Notes under the pieces: generated by a model
What the model saw: only the letters and a program-made list of their open reading frames with translations
What the model was told of the DNA's origin: nothing
The model's database searches: none
Program-made: the position numbers and the translations under genes
DNA from: Malacoraja senta
Lineage: Eukaryota
Assembly: GCA_038087875.1 (NCBI GenBank)
Contig: JAXLNO010004994.1
Span: 1-64,000 of the forward strand
Direction: 5' to 3'
Length of the DNA: 64,000 nt
Shown: positions 12,594-24,722 of the stretch, piece after piece
Position numbering within the stretch: position 1 is the first letter of the stretch
Layout of the letters: every line of letters begins with the position of its first letter

Positions 12594-12869
12594 CTAAGAA
12601 ACAACAGAGGCATAAATTGTTTCAGAGTTCTCTGGAGCCCTAGTAGAGTGGGGTTTCCGATTGCCCTTTGGGCAGTTGCGATGAAAATTAACATCTGCGT
12701 AGAGAACAGTGTTGTGAGTCTCAGGGTGCATTAATCTCGACTTCCTTTGACATTTCACCACTGCATACGTGATTCCACCTTCATTGTTATCCAAATGGTC
12801 AGCTGCCCTGTTGTTTCCAATTTGCTGTAGATTTGCATCAACGTGGTTCCCTTCCAACACTGCCATTTC
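12594..12869 (-). CDS. Gene B terminal cytoplasmic exon with 2 ITIMs + 1 ITSM
   Basis: Acceptor ttttgttatattttag|GAA ATG (phase 0), open to TAG at 12594. ITYAVV (12756-12773), VLYADV (12690-12707) and TIYASV (12603-12620) match I/V-x-Y-x-x-V and T-x-Y-x-x-V. Confidence 0.88.
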   Translation of the reverse strand, partial: EMAVLEGNHVDANLQQIGNNRAADHLDNNEGGITYAVVKCQRKSRLMHPETHNTVLYADVNFHRNCPKGNRKPHSTRAPENSETIYASVVS

Positions 12870-13287
12870 CTAAAATATAACAAAATCCAATTTTACAACC
12901 TAATAGATTTGAAAGGTCCTCAACAGATGTCTATTACAAAGTAGGTCTCAAACTGTTCAGTGTACAGAACACGCCATTGCTGCTGTTTACAACACAAAGA
13001 TAGCGCAGCATGGTGGAGCAGCGGTAGAGTTGTTGCCTGACAGTGCCTACAACATGTTTGTAGGTTAATTGGTTTGGCATACTTGCAAATTGTCCCTAGT
13101 GTGCGTAGGATAGTTTTTGTGTGCGTGGGTCACCGGTCGGCGTGGACTCGGTGGGCCAAAGGGCCTGTTTCTGTGCTGGGTCTCTTAACTGGAGTGGACT
13201 GGTGTTGCTAAATGGCCTGTGTAAACACAGATAATTCAATATTATATATATTTCATCACTCAGAGAATTTATATTTCACATTTTTCC

Positions 13288-13334
13288 CTGGATTTCATTG
13301 TTGTCTTCACCGTGTGATGTATTGCACTTGGATT
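13288..13334 (-). CDS. Candidate 47-nt juxtamembrane cytoplasmic exon of gene B (ESKCNTSHGEDNNEIQ)
   Basis: Acceptor atattttccag; phase 1->0 exactly bridges the TM exon and the ITIM exon. The donor reads CAG|GGAAAA (GG, not GT). Confidence 0.35.
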
Positions 13335-13954
13335 CTGGAAAATATGTTGTCGATAGAGCCATATTATGAACAGGTTTAAACATCATTCATTCATATATTT
13401 CATTCATTTGTTTCATGTAACTTATATATCTCTTGTTTCCCTTTCACCTGACTCTCAGTCTGAAGAAGGGTCTCGCCTCGAAACGTCAACTGTTCCTTTA
13501 CAAGAGTCAAGAGAGTTTTATTGTCACATGTCCCAGATAGAACAATGACAATCTTACTTGCTGCAGCACAACAGAATATGTAGACATAGTACATAACGGG
13601 AGAGAAAAAAAAGTTCAATGTGTATATATACACATACACACATACTCAATCTGTTTCTTTTATCCAGCTAAGCTGAAAACCACTATATTTGATGATTTTC
13701 TGTTGCGCTGCTGGCAAAATGTCGCCCCTGACCGCTAATTGCTAGAGCATTTTATGTTTATCTTCAGTGTAAACCACCATCTGCAGTTCCTTCCAACACA
13801 CGTGTTGTTGCCACGACCTTATATTTAGGAGAACCCCAAAAGCACTGCAGTATATTTGCACGTACGGAGTAAGAATCTGCCCTGTTGTTTTGGTTACTGT
13901 ACGTAATGTTCAGAATGGATCATATTCCCTGTACTCTACCCCATCCCACCCTAA

Positions 13955-14345
13955 ATTTGCCTAAACCTACCTGATCTCCCGGTTGATCAACACTTTAACT
14001 CCTCCTCCCATTCCCACACTAACCATTCTGTCCTGGGCCTCATCCATTGTCAGAGTGAGGCCCAGCACAAATTGGAGAAACAGCACCTCATATATCCTTG
14101 GGCTGGTTACACCCCAGCGGTATGTACATTGACTTCTCTAACTTCAAGCAGCCCTTGCTTTCCCTCCCTCCATCCACTCCCCCTTCGCAGGTCTCTGACC
14201 AGTCTTACTGTCTCCGACTATACTTTATCTCAGAACTGCCACTCGCCTGACATCAGTCTGAAAAAGAGTTTCGACCTAAAACATCACACATTACTTCTCT
14301 CCAGAGATGCTGCTTGTTTCACTCAGTTACTCCAGCATTTTGTGT
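13955..14345 (+). mobile_element. Penelope-like 3' fragment
   Basis: ctaaacctacctgatctcccggttg..cactttaac..ttggagaaacagcacctcatat..ttgggc motif and a degenerate terminal motif. Confidence 0.65.
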
Positions 14346-15465
14346 CCACACCCTAACCTAATCTGCTTAAAAAGGTTTTCATAAGTTCATAAGCGATAAG
14401 AGTAGAATTAATCTATGCAGCCCATCCATCTACTCCGCCATTTAATCATGGGTCATCTATCTCTCCCTCCTAACCTCTTTTTCCTGCCTTCCCTCCATAA
14501 TCCAGGACACCTGTACGAATCAAGAATCTATCTATGCCTTAAAAATATCTATTGACGGGCTCCACAGCCATCTTTGGCAAAGAATTCCACAGATTCATCA
14601 CCCTCTGACGAATTAAATTCTTCCTCATCTCCATCATAAAGGAATGTCCTTTAATTCTGAAGTTATGATCTCTGGTCCTAGACTCTCCCACTAATGGAAG
14701 CATCCATTCTACATCCACTATATCTAGGCCTTTCACTATTTGATCTTTCAATGAGGTTCCCCCCCTCTTTTCCCTCTTACACTGTTTTATTGGGTCTTGG
14801 ATCTGAAATGTTGACTGTTTTACTTTCCACTAATGCTCTCTGACTGAGGAACAGCTCAGTGAACTTTCACATTTTCATCGGCGGTTGAGATAGTTGGCAG
14901 CTTCAAGTTCATGGGTGTTCACTTCTTGGATTATCTGTCCAGGCTAGACCTGCCCTGCCTCAACTACCTCCTCTGGCAGCTCCTGTCATATACCCACCGC
15001 CCTCTGTGTGAGGCAGGTATGTTGTATGTTGTCTATGTCCCTGTGAGGCTGCAGGTGTGATCTTCATTGTAACTGTACTTCACCATGCTTGTGCATGTGA
15101 CAATAAACACGACTTAATCTGATTTGAAATACAACAGCTAATCACACGAAGCATATTCTAACAGCTGAGAGGATGAGAGTATCGATGTAAATCTTACTTC
15201 TACCTAGCCTCTTATTTCTCACGCATCTCTGCCCATTTCACACTCAGACAGTTTAAGTACAATGATGTTAAAAGAACAGTTTTTGTCACCGAGTCACCAT
15301 GATAGCATCAAACGTGATAGCATTATTGATCATCCATACTTCCTCCAACACTTTATTACTTTAATGCAGGGCATTTGTTGATTAGATCAGAATTAAATCT
15401 CTTGACATTCTGGAAGGAACTGAGACATGTATTGTGAAATTATTTAAGGGAAGTCAGAAACTCAC

Positions 15466-15554
15466 CCTTGGTTTTACGCTTTCGGTACCAAAAGAAGGCA
15501 ATGATGAGAATCAGGAGAAGCACAGTGACACCAGACGCAACTATGTAAGTGATC
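15466..15554 (-). CDS. Gene B transmembrane exon, uncharged (R-ITYIVASGVTVLLLILIIAFFWYRKRKTK)
   Basis: Acceptor cccttccctattctctgtccgacag|G, donor AAG G|GTGAGT; 89 nt, phase 2->1. Hydrophobic run followed by an RKRK stop-transfer signal. Phase matches the 49-nt stalk exon. Confidence 0.9.
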
Positions 15555-15859
15555 CTGTCGGACAGAGAATAGGGAAGGGTGAGGTATGGCTCATCATTGC
15601 TTCTTGGCCTTCAGTAAAGAACAAAAGTCAACAATTTATATGGCACCTTTCATGATTTTTTTGAAGTGTGCAGCAAAGGAAATTAAGTGTAGAGTCTGTT
15701 TCGGTGAGTAACGCAGCAGCTAATCTGCTCACAGTAAGGTGACATTGACCAACGATCATGAAACTGGTTCAAGAGCAATTGCGTCCAACAATTAAGGAAC
15801 CCTCCCTTCCCCATCACAAACAATGCATGGGAACTGTTACACATTAATAGCAATGATTA

Positions 15860-16770
15860 ATTTAGTTTAGTTCAGCTGAGTTTGGTTTAGTTTAGTTTAG
15901 TTTATCATCCAACGGTGGGCGGCGCGACTCTCGTTTGCAGCGGCCTCTGCAGTCCGTCTGTCTTTTTATTATTTCTGTCTTGTTTTTATGTAGTTTTTTA
16001 TTATTTTTTTGTCGGTGTATGTGTGTGGGAGGGTGGAGGTGGGGGGGAGGGACTTTAAAATCTTTCCCCTGCACGGGAGACCCGACCTTTTCTTTGTCGG
16101 GTCTCCGTTGTCGTTGGGGCTGGGCAACGTGGAGCGGCCTCCAGCAGGAACGACCTGGGGCTCCAGTTGCGGAGCTGCGGACTACTCACCGTCGCGGGGC
16201 TGGCCGAGTCCGGAGCGGGGGGAGCTGTGGTGGAGACAATCGCTGTTGCTACCCGACCCCCGGAGATTCGGAGGCTACAACCGCGGGTCTGGCGGACGGC
16301 AACACCGGAAGCCCGCGGGTCCCCTGGTGGGAGACCGCTTTTCGCGGCTTTCGCAGCGGCGACTTCTCCCGCCCGAGTTGCGGGGTTGAAGAGCAGCTGG
16401 AGCGGGGCTTTACATCGTCGCCCCGCACGGCTTGGAATGGCCGCCGGACTTTGCGAGCGCGCGCCGGGGCTCTAACACCAAGACCCGGTGCGCGACCTTG
16501 CATTAACCGGCGTGGCTTTAATGGCCGCGGGATAATCGCCCGCCGGGGGCTTTGACTTTGACTCTGACATGGGGGGGGGGGGGAGTGCAGTGGAGAGATA
16601 CGTCTTTTTGCCTTCCATCACAGCGCTGTGATGGATGTATGTGTAAATTGTGTTGTGTCTCGGGTCTTCTTCGTTTTTGTAATGTATGGCTGCAGAAACG
16701 ACATTTCGTTTGGTCCAAAAGACAAAAAAGACAAATAAATTGTATTGTTGTTAATTTAATTTATTTTAGA
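15860..16770. mobile_element. Unclassified GC/CpG-rich interspersed insertion with (TTTAG)n flank
   Basis: Abrupt GC/CpG-rich block with a G13 run and a flanking simple repeat; no recognisable protein. Confidence 0.45.
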
Positions 16771-17651
16771 GATACAGCATGTAAACAGGACTTTCGGCCC
16801 ACCAAATCTGCGTCGACCAGTAATCACCATATATTAGATCTACCCTACACACTAGAGACAATTTACAGAAGCCAATTAACCTACAAACCTGCACGTCTTT
16901 GAAATGTGGGAGAAAACTGGAACACCTGGAGAACACCCACGTGGTCTCTGAGAGAAGGAACAAACTCCGAACAGACAGCAACAGGAGTCAGGATCGAACA
17001 TAAGTCTCTGGGGCAATAAGGCAGCAACTATATCGCTGTCCCACCATGCCACTGTTATTGGAGTTTTCATATCTTTCAGCTAGCACGCTGCCCTCCCTCA
17101 GTACTGCAGTGGTGTGGTATCTGAGGGATTTACCCAAATATTTGCAGCTATCCTTGAAACCACCACGTTGTGAGCGCGGTTCTACAACCCTGTTCCAACC
17201 TCGGTGGAGAGAACACCATGCCAAAGAGAAAACAATGCACTTCATTCCACAAATCTCACCCCAATGCCATTCACAACTCCATCTCCACATCCACCAACAT
17301 TGGTTTGGACATTGACTGTTCGTTTAGAGCTGTCTGCAATATGGAACATCTTCAGAAGGCAGCTCACCATGACCATCTCAAGGTCAGCAGTGTGACTTAA
17401 CGTGCCTACCACACAGGGTCACGTTCTAGGTGGAGACACTTCCTGCTGTTGGAATGCCTGACATTGAGAATTTGACCAACTCCGCAAGTTGGTGATTTAG
17501 CCCCTAATTCACTATTCCTATCAGTACCACACTAGAGCAGGTCACTGCAAGGCAAAGCAGCAGTAGTTGTGTTTGGCAACTATACTCATCTCACACCATG
17601 AGGTGAGGTTAGTGATGGAGAAGTCAAGGTGAATACCGCAGGGAACGCCCT

Positions 17652-19547
17652 ATAGAAACATAGAAACATGGAAACATAGAAACATAGAAAATAGGTGCAG
17701 GAGGAGGCCATTCGGCCCTATCATTGCACCGCCATTCATTGAGATCATGGCTGAACGCCACCACTCAATAACCCATGCCTGCCTTCTCCCCATATCCCTT
17801 GGTTCCACTAGCCCCTAGAGCTCTATCTAACTCTCTCTTAAATCCATCCAGTGATTTGGCCTCCACTGTCCTCTGTGCAGGAAATTCCACAAATTCACAA
17901 CTGACTGGGTGAAAACGTTTTTCTCACCTCAGTCTTAAATGGCCTCTGCTTTATTCTAAGACTGTGGCCCCCTGGTTCTGGACTCGCCCAACATTGGGAA
18001 CATTTTACCTGCATCTAGCTTGTCCAGTCTTTAAAAATGTTTCTATAAGATACCCCCTCATCCTTCTAAACTCCAGTGAATACAAGCCTAGTCTTTTCAA
18101 TCTTTCCTCATAAGACAGTCCCGCCATCCCAGGGATCAATCTCGTGAACCTACGCTGGACTGCCTCAATCACAAGGATGACCTTTCTCAAATTAGGAGAC
18201 CAAAACTGTACACAATACTCCAGATGTGGTCTTAACAGAGCCCTATACAACTGCAGAAGAACCACTCTACTCCTATACTGAAATCCTCTTGTTAGCTTTC
18301 TTCACTGCCTGCTGTACCTGGACGCCAACTTTCAGTGACCGGTGTACAAGGACACACAGGTCTCGCTGTTCCTCCCCCTTACCTAACCTAACCCCATTGA
18401 GATAATAATCTGCCCCCTTTTTTTTGCCACCAAAGTGGATAACCTCACATTTATCTATATTATACTGCATCTGCCACGCATCTGCCCACACACTCAACCT
18501 GTCCAGGTCACCCTGCAACCTCCTAACATCCTCTTCACAGTTCACACTGCCACCTAGCTTTGTGTCATCCGCAAACTTGCTAGTGTTGCTCCTAATTTCC
18601 TCTTCCAAATCATTAATATATATGGTAAACAGTTGCGGCCCCAACACCGAGGCTTGCGGCACTCCACTCGCCACTGCATGCCATTCTGAAAAGGACCCGT
18701 TCACTCCTGCGCTTTGATTCCTGTCTGCCAACCAATTTTCTATCCACGTCAACACCCTACCAGTACCATGTGCTCTAATTTTAGTCACCAGTCTCCCATG
18801 CGAGACCTATCAAAGGCTTTCTGAACGTCTAGTGACACTACATCCACTGGCTGCCCTTCATCCATTTTACTTGTCACATCCTCAAACCATTCCAGAAGAT
18901 TAGTCAAGCGTGATTTTCCTTTCATAAATCCATGCTGACTTGGACTAATCATTTTACTGCTATCCAAATGCCCCATTATTACCTCTTTAATGATTGACTC
19001 CAACATCTTTCCCACCACCAAAGCCAGGCTAACTGGTCGGTAATTCCCCGTTTTCCCGCTCGCTCCTTTCTTGAAAAGTGGGATAACATTAGCTATCATC
19101 CAATCCACAGGAACTGATCCTGAATCTATTGAACATTCGAAAATGATCACCAATGCATCCACTATTTCTAGAGCCACCTCCCTGAGGACCCTGGGATGCA
19201 GACCATCATGCCCAGGGGATTTATCATCCTTCAGTCCCATTAGCCCAGCCAATACTATTTCTCGCCTAATGATAATTTATTTCAGTTCCTCTACCCCCTT
19301 TGATCCTCTGTCCTCCAGTACTTCTGGGAGATTGTTTGTGTCTTCCTTAGTGACGCCAGATCCATAGTACCTGTTCAACTCCTCTGTCATTTCCTTGTTC
19401 CCCATAATAATTTCACCCATGTCTGGTTTCAAGGGACCCACATCTAATTTTGCTACTATTTTTCCCTTAACATTTTCTAAAGAAGCTTTTACTATCCTTA
19501 TTTATATTCCTGGCCAGCTTCCCCTCGTACTTCATCTTTTCAGCCCG
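17652..19547 (-). mobile_element. CR1/L3-type LINE, 5'-truncated, disrupted RT
   Basis: ORF pieces KSPGHDGLHPRVL, GVPQASVLGP..FADDTKL and RPHLEYCVQFWSP; (ctatgttt)n tail. It interrupts sequence that is contiguous at about 47300. Confidence 0.92.
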
Positions 19548-20289
19548 TAGTGCATATGAATGGCAACAAATGGAGGATCCTGTTCTTATAACCCAAGCAT
19601 ATACACAACACAATGAGATGTAAACAAGTTCAATTTCCCTTCTGATTAATTAGCTAATATCTGGTTTGCAAATTATATACATATTATTATAGAATAAGGT
19701 CATAAGGTCATAAGGAATAGGAGCAGAATTAAGCCAATCGGCCCATCAAGTCTACTCCGCCATACAATCATGACTGATTTTTCTCTCCCACCTAACCCCA
19801 TTTCCTGCCTTTTCCTCATAACCTCCAACACCCATACTAAATAAGAATCTATCTATCTCTGCCTTAAATGTATCCACTGACTTGGCCTCCACATCATTCT
19901 GTGGCAAATTATTCCACAGATTCACCACCCTTTAACTGAAGACATTTCTCATCTCCTTCCTAAAAAGAACATTTAATTTTGAGGCTACTTCCTCTAATCC
20001 TAGACTCTCCCACTGGTGGAAACACCCTCTCCACATTCACTCTATCCATGCCTTTCACTGTTATGTATGTCTCAATGAGGTCCCCCCTCATTCTTCTAAA
20101 TTCTTGTTTAGAAGAATGTTTAAGAGATACATTTATCTTTCTGTGTCAGTCTTGAAACACATGCAAAAGCATTGCTTATGTTTCCTGATATTTGGGCTCA
20201 TAGGATCCATAGAGAGAAACAGTATGGAAATAGGCCATTTGGCCCTTCAGGTCTGCGCTGACCATCAACCACATTTACACAAATCCTGT

Positions 20290-21310
20290 GAGAAGAAGTG
20301 TGATCTAGATAGTTGTGGGAGTCAGTCAGTTTATAATAGACATCCATCGATAGTCTATCTCCTGTGATGGAGATTGTGTGATCGAGAAAGCGGAGGGAGG
20401 TTTGGGAGATGGTCCAAGTGCATTTGAGTGCCAGGTGGAGTGCAGGAAACCATTCCCTGTGCAATCCTGTTGAATGCCCAATTCTACTCCTATCCCTTAT
20501 GACCTTATGACCTATACCTCCCTGGTTATCTCATCCTTTCCCATCCAAACAAACCTCTCCCCAGATTCCTTCCCGTTCAACTGCAGGAATTGCAACATCT
20601 GTCCCTATAACTCCCCCCCTCGACTCTGTCCAAGGAACTCAACAGTCATTTGAGGTTCGGCAGAGTTCATTTGAACCGCCTCGAACCTCATCTATTGTAT
20701 CAGGTGTGGACTCTTATACATCAGCAAGACCAAACGTTGACTGGACAATCGTTTCATTGAACACATACGCTCAATCCGCCTGGGACTATATGATCTTCCA
20801 GTTGCTAAACACTTTAACTCCCCCTCCCATTCCCACACTGACCGTTCTATTCTGTGCTTTCTCCATTGCCAGAGTGAGGCCAAATGGAAATTGGAGGAAC
20901 AGTGCCATATATTTCGCTTGGGCATCTTACAGCCAAGCGATATTAATATTGATTTCTATAACTTCAAATAACCCTTGCATCCCCTCTCTCCCCGTCCCTC
21001 CCCCACCCTAGTCATTGTACGAATTTCACTATCTTGTAGTGTCTCATTGTCCGTACAAATCGTTTTCACCGAGCCCACAGCTAACAATGGATCGTTTCAT
21101 TCATCATCGTTACTTTTGTCGCATATCTTTCATTCAATGTTTTATACCTTTCTATATCACCGTCGATATCACTCTCGTTTCCCTTTCCCCTGCCTTTCAC
21201 TCTGAAGAAGGGACTCAACCCGAAACGTCACCTATGCCTTTTCTCCAAAGGTGCTGTCTGACCCGCCGAGATACTCAATTTTTTGTGCCTATATTCAGTT
21301 TAATCCAGCA
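20290..21310. mobile_element. Penelope-like element with internal inversion
   Basis: Minus-strand RT C-terminal FLD..YYKLTDSHNYLDHTSSH abuts a plus-strand GIY-YIG fragment; terminal motif at about 21202-21236. Confidence 0.7.
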
Positions 21311-21559
21311 TCTGCAGTACCTTCCAACACAATGAAAGGCGCAATTTGCAGAACACACATAGACGGCGTCTAAGTTCAGGTTCTTGGCATTGTGAGGCTG
21401 TGGTTCCACTGGCTGTGTCACTGTGCATTCAGATCAATACTCCCAAGGGCCTTTAATGCCAGTAAACGGAAGACACAACTTTCTCCAAATTGAAGCAATC
21501 CCAATCAAAACACCAGCAATTAGTACATGGCACCTTTCATTGGAAACAGAGTAGTTTAC

Positions 21560-21608
21560 CTTGAAGAATAATTGGTTCTTTTCGAAGTTTCACAAGAATA
21601 TTCAAGTC
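21560..21608 (-). CDS. Gene B 49-nt stalk micro-exon (G-LEYSCETSKRTNYSS-R)
   Basis: Acceptor tttttatttccttgttccaacag, donor AG|GTAAAC; phase 1->2 links C2a to the TM exon. Same length and EYSCE motif in gene A. Confidence 0.85.
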
Positions 21609-22897
21609 CTGTTGGAACAAGGAAATAAAAATCAGTTTCACTGCTTTTCACTTGCAGTTGAACAAGAGAGCATGTTTGTCCGATATAAGGAGTTTATAGG
21701 TTTAATTGACAGGGCAATGTTTCTTCAGTGTAATTTGCAGCAAATGGGAGATGTTATCGTGATAAGCTGTAGTGCTGGTTCCAACTCAGGTTGCCTACAT
21801 TAGGGCGGCACAGTGGCCCACCAGTTGAGTTGCTGCCTTATAGCGCAGGAGACCCGAGTTCAATCCTGACTACGGGTACTGTCTGCACGGAGTGTTTATG
21901 TTCTCCATGTGACCGCGTGGGTTTTATTCAAGTGCTGCGGTTTTCTCCCATATTCTAAAGACGTGCAGGTTTTTAGATTAATTGCCTTCTGTAAATTGTC
22001 CCTAGTGAGTAGGATAGAATTAGTGCACAGGTGAAAGGCAGCTGCTTCCACGCTGGATTTCTAATTAAAATAAAGGAGGTGATTTCATGCGAGGGGTAGT
22101 GCCTGGGATGAAACATTACAGTTAGAAGGAGAGGCTGGATAGTCGGAGATTTTAATCCACACAGGAAAAGAAGGGGGAACCTATTACAGGTGTGTAAAGC
22201 TATGAGGAACATAGATAGGGTACTTTGTGGGAAATCAGCACAGCAGATGTGTGTAGAAGTGGAGAACATAGGGTTGGGTTAAGGAGTAGAATATTTGGAG
22301 GGTATCTGAGCAAGGAATATTTTTAAACCTAGATGGTGAAGACACATGAATTGTCAAGTCTGAGAAGAGTGTGGGTGAGGGGATGGTAAATGGGATTAGT
22401 ATCGATGGTGCTGAATGGTCAACATTAACACAGTGGACCAAAGCTGATATAGTCTAGGAGTTAACTGCGGCCACATTTACGGATAATTTCTGTTCCCTTC
22501 CCATTTTTGAGTGTCGGTCATGCGGAGATTATGGCAGGAAAGTGAAAGTGCTTGGAATGATGTAACTGCAAACCTAGTTTAAAACTGTGTAAACATAAGA
22601 CGAGGTTCTAGCCAGGAATCTGCCCTACACCAGCACTGGGGAATCTATTCCTGGAGCCCAGCAACCAAGTATTGACAAATGGGCCATAAGTCTATCATTT
22701 TAATATTGATGTTCATTAAATAACGTGCATGGATTTCAGGGTGTCGGGGATTATGTGGAAAAGACAGGAGAATGGGATGAAGAGGTGAAGATAGATCAGC
22801 CATGATTGAATGGTCTATTTCTGCTTCTATCACTTGTGATCATATAAACCGCCCCACCCCACTTCCCCTTCTTCTCCTCATTCCCTCCACTACTTAC

Positions 22898-23217
22898 CAG
22901 TGCCGTTGATTTTCACTAGAAAACTACAGGGCACGTCACTGCTGGAGATGGACACGTTGACTATTTCACTGGATTTTGTTCCATTAATATTGAGGCTGTG
23001 CAGTAATATTGATGGTGCTGGTGTTTGAAGGATTGACAATGTAGATCCAAGGCATTTTGGTCTGAGATCTTTGAATCCACAGATAGGGTCTTTTCATACC
23101 AACTGTAGCTAATGGGCGGTGATCCACTGACCGCCTCACAGGACACTGTCACTGAGCCCCCGAGACAGGAGTCATTGACTGGTGACAGGAATCCAAGCAC
23201 AGGAACAGACACGAGTT
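22898..23217 (-). pseudogene. Gene B C2-type Ig exon C2a with a 1-nt deletion
   Basis: Intact splice sites (cacag|AA CTC; ACT G|GTAAGT) but 320 nt vs 321 nt in gene A. Frameshift after YYCTAS gives a stop at 22961. Confidence 0.8.
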
Positions 23218-24410
23218 CTGTGGGTAAGGAGCAAACTGTCAGACACTGGGTGAACATCTGAAAATCAACCACTCGCCAATATCCACCATCTCTGTACCTT
23301 AGCCAGAGCCGCCAGGTTGGAATCTGACCCATCCATCTACATAGAATCATAGTCATACAGCATAGAAACAGGCCCTTCGGTCTAACTTGCCTGCGCTGAC
23401 CAACGCGCCCAATCTACACGAGTTCCACCTGCCCTTTCTTGGCCCTTAACCCACTAAACATATCATATTCATGTACCTGTCCAATATTTATTAAATGTTA
23501 CGATAGTACCTGCCATAACTACTTCTGTCGGCAGTTCGTTTCATGTGCCTACCAACCTTTGTATAAAAACGTTTTCCCAGGTTCCTGTTAAATCATTCCC
23601 CCCTCATATTAAAACCATGTCCTCCGGTTCTCGATTCCCCTACTCTGAGCAAAAGACTCTGTGTATTAACTCGATCTATTCCTCGCATGATTTTTTACCT
23701 GCCATGAGAACATCCCTCATCCTCCTGCGCACCAAGAAATAAAGTCATAATCTGCTCAATCCCTCCCTGTATGTCAGGCCCTCAAGCCATCACAACATTC
23801 TTGTAAGTTTTCTCTGCTCCTTCTCCTCACAATTTATCAGATTTGAACATCTCTGTGTCTCTCCATCCTCCCAGCTGCCAGAACTACCATGTCTGCCACT
23901 GTACCAATACACAGCAGCACCATCTATCTTTGTTTTATATTTCCAGCATCTGCAGTTAATCTTCTTTTAATCTGAAACTCTGCCACAATTCTACAATACC
24001 AACATTCAAACACTTCGTTAGTGCAACAGTATCATTATCAACAACTTTTTAATTTCCTTGTATAAAATTGTTGATAGTGATAATGTTGCACTAATGAGGT
24101 GTGAGAATGGCGGTATTGTAGAATTGTGTGTAGGGAGCGAATGGGAAAGTGGAATAACATAGAACCAGTGTGACCGGTGATCGCTAGTCGGTGTGGACTC
24201 GGTGGGCAGAAGGATCCATTTCCATGTTGCATTTGTAACCTACAACTAAATATCCCGGTGACATTTTTCTGTAACCTCTCCAAACCTTTCACATCTTTTG
24301 TTTTATAAAGCGGCGACCAGAACTGTGCACCAGACTCCCATATGTGACCCAACAAATGTTTTATGCAGATGCCAAAGTCGAGACATGAAGTCACTCACTG
24401 AGAAACCTAC

Positions 24411-24722
24411 CTTCAGATACTTGGAGATGTACTTTAAATGTTGGTTCGCCAGGTGTAATAATTCCACATCTGTACCATCCTGTATCTCCAGAGTGAAGAT
24501 CCTCCACAGTCACAGTAAATATTCCTCGTGCCGGGTTATCTGTGATTGTCACTCTACCGCTCTGTCCTTGTTTCCCATTTGTTTCCACTATATGTGTACA
24601 CTGGCGACTTGTCCCAGGGCACCAGTATTTTGTGTGTGAGCGGTACACTGCTGCATAGTGACAATCGATTGAGATCGCTCTTCCCACAACCCCTCGTACT
24701 TCGCTCTCTGCCCACAGTGCAC
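24411..24722 (-). CDS. Gene B V exon V3
   Basis: tttcag|GT GCA CTG TGG ... TCT GAA G|GTAGGT; 312 nt open; KYWCPG..C and DTGWYRC. Confidence 0.9.

Noticed and set aside
15935-16555. 206-aa ORF in the GC-rich block
   Set aside because: Low-complexity Arg/Gly-rich translation, several overlapping open frames and no domain motifs.
21803-21880. tRNA gene
   Set aside because: The A/B-box-like head continues into the SINE body and occurs in many diverged copies.
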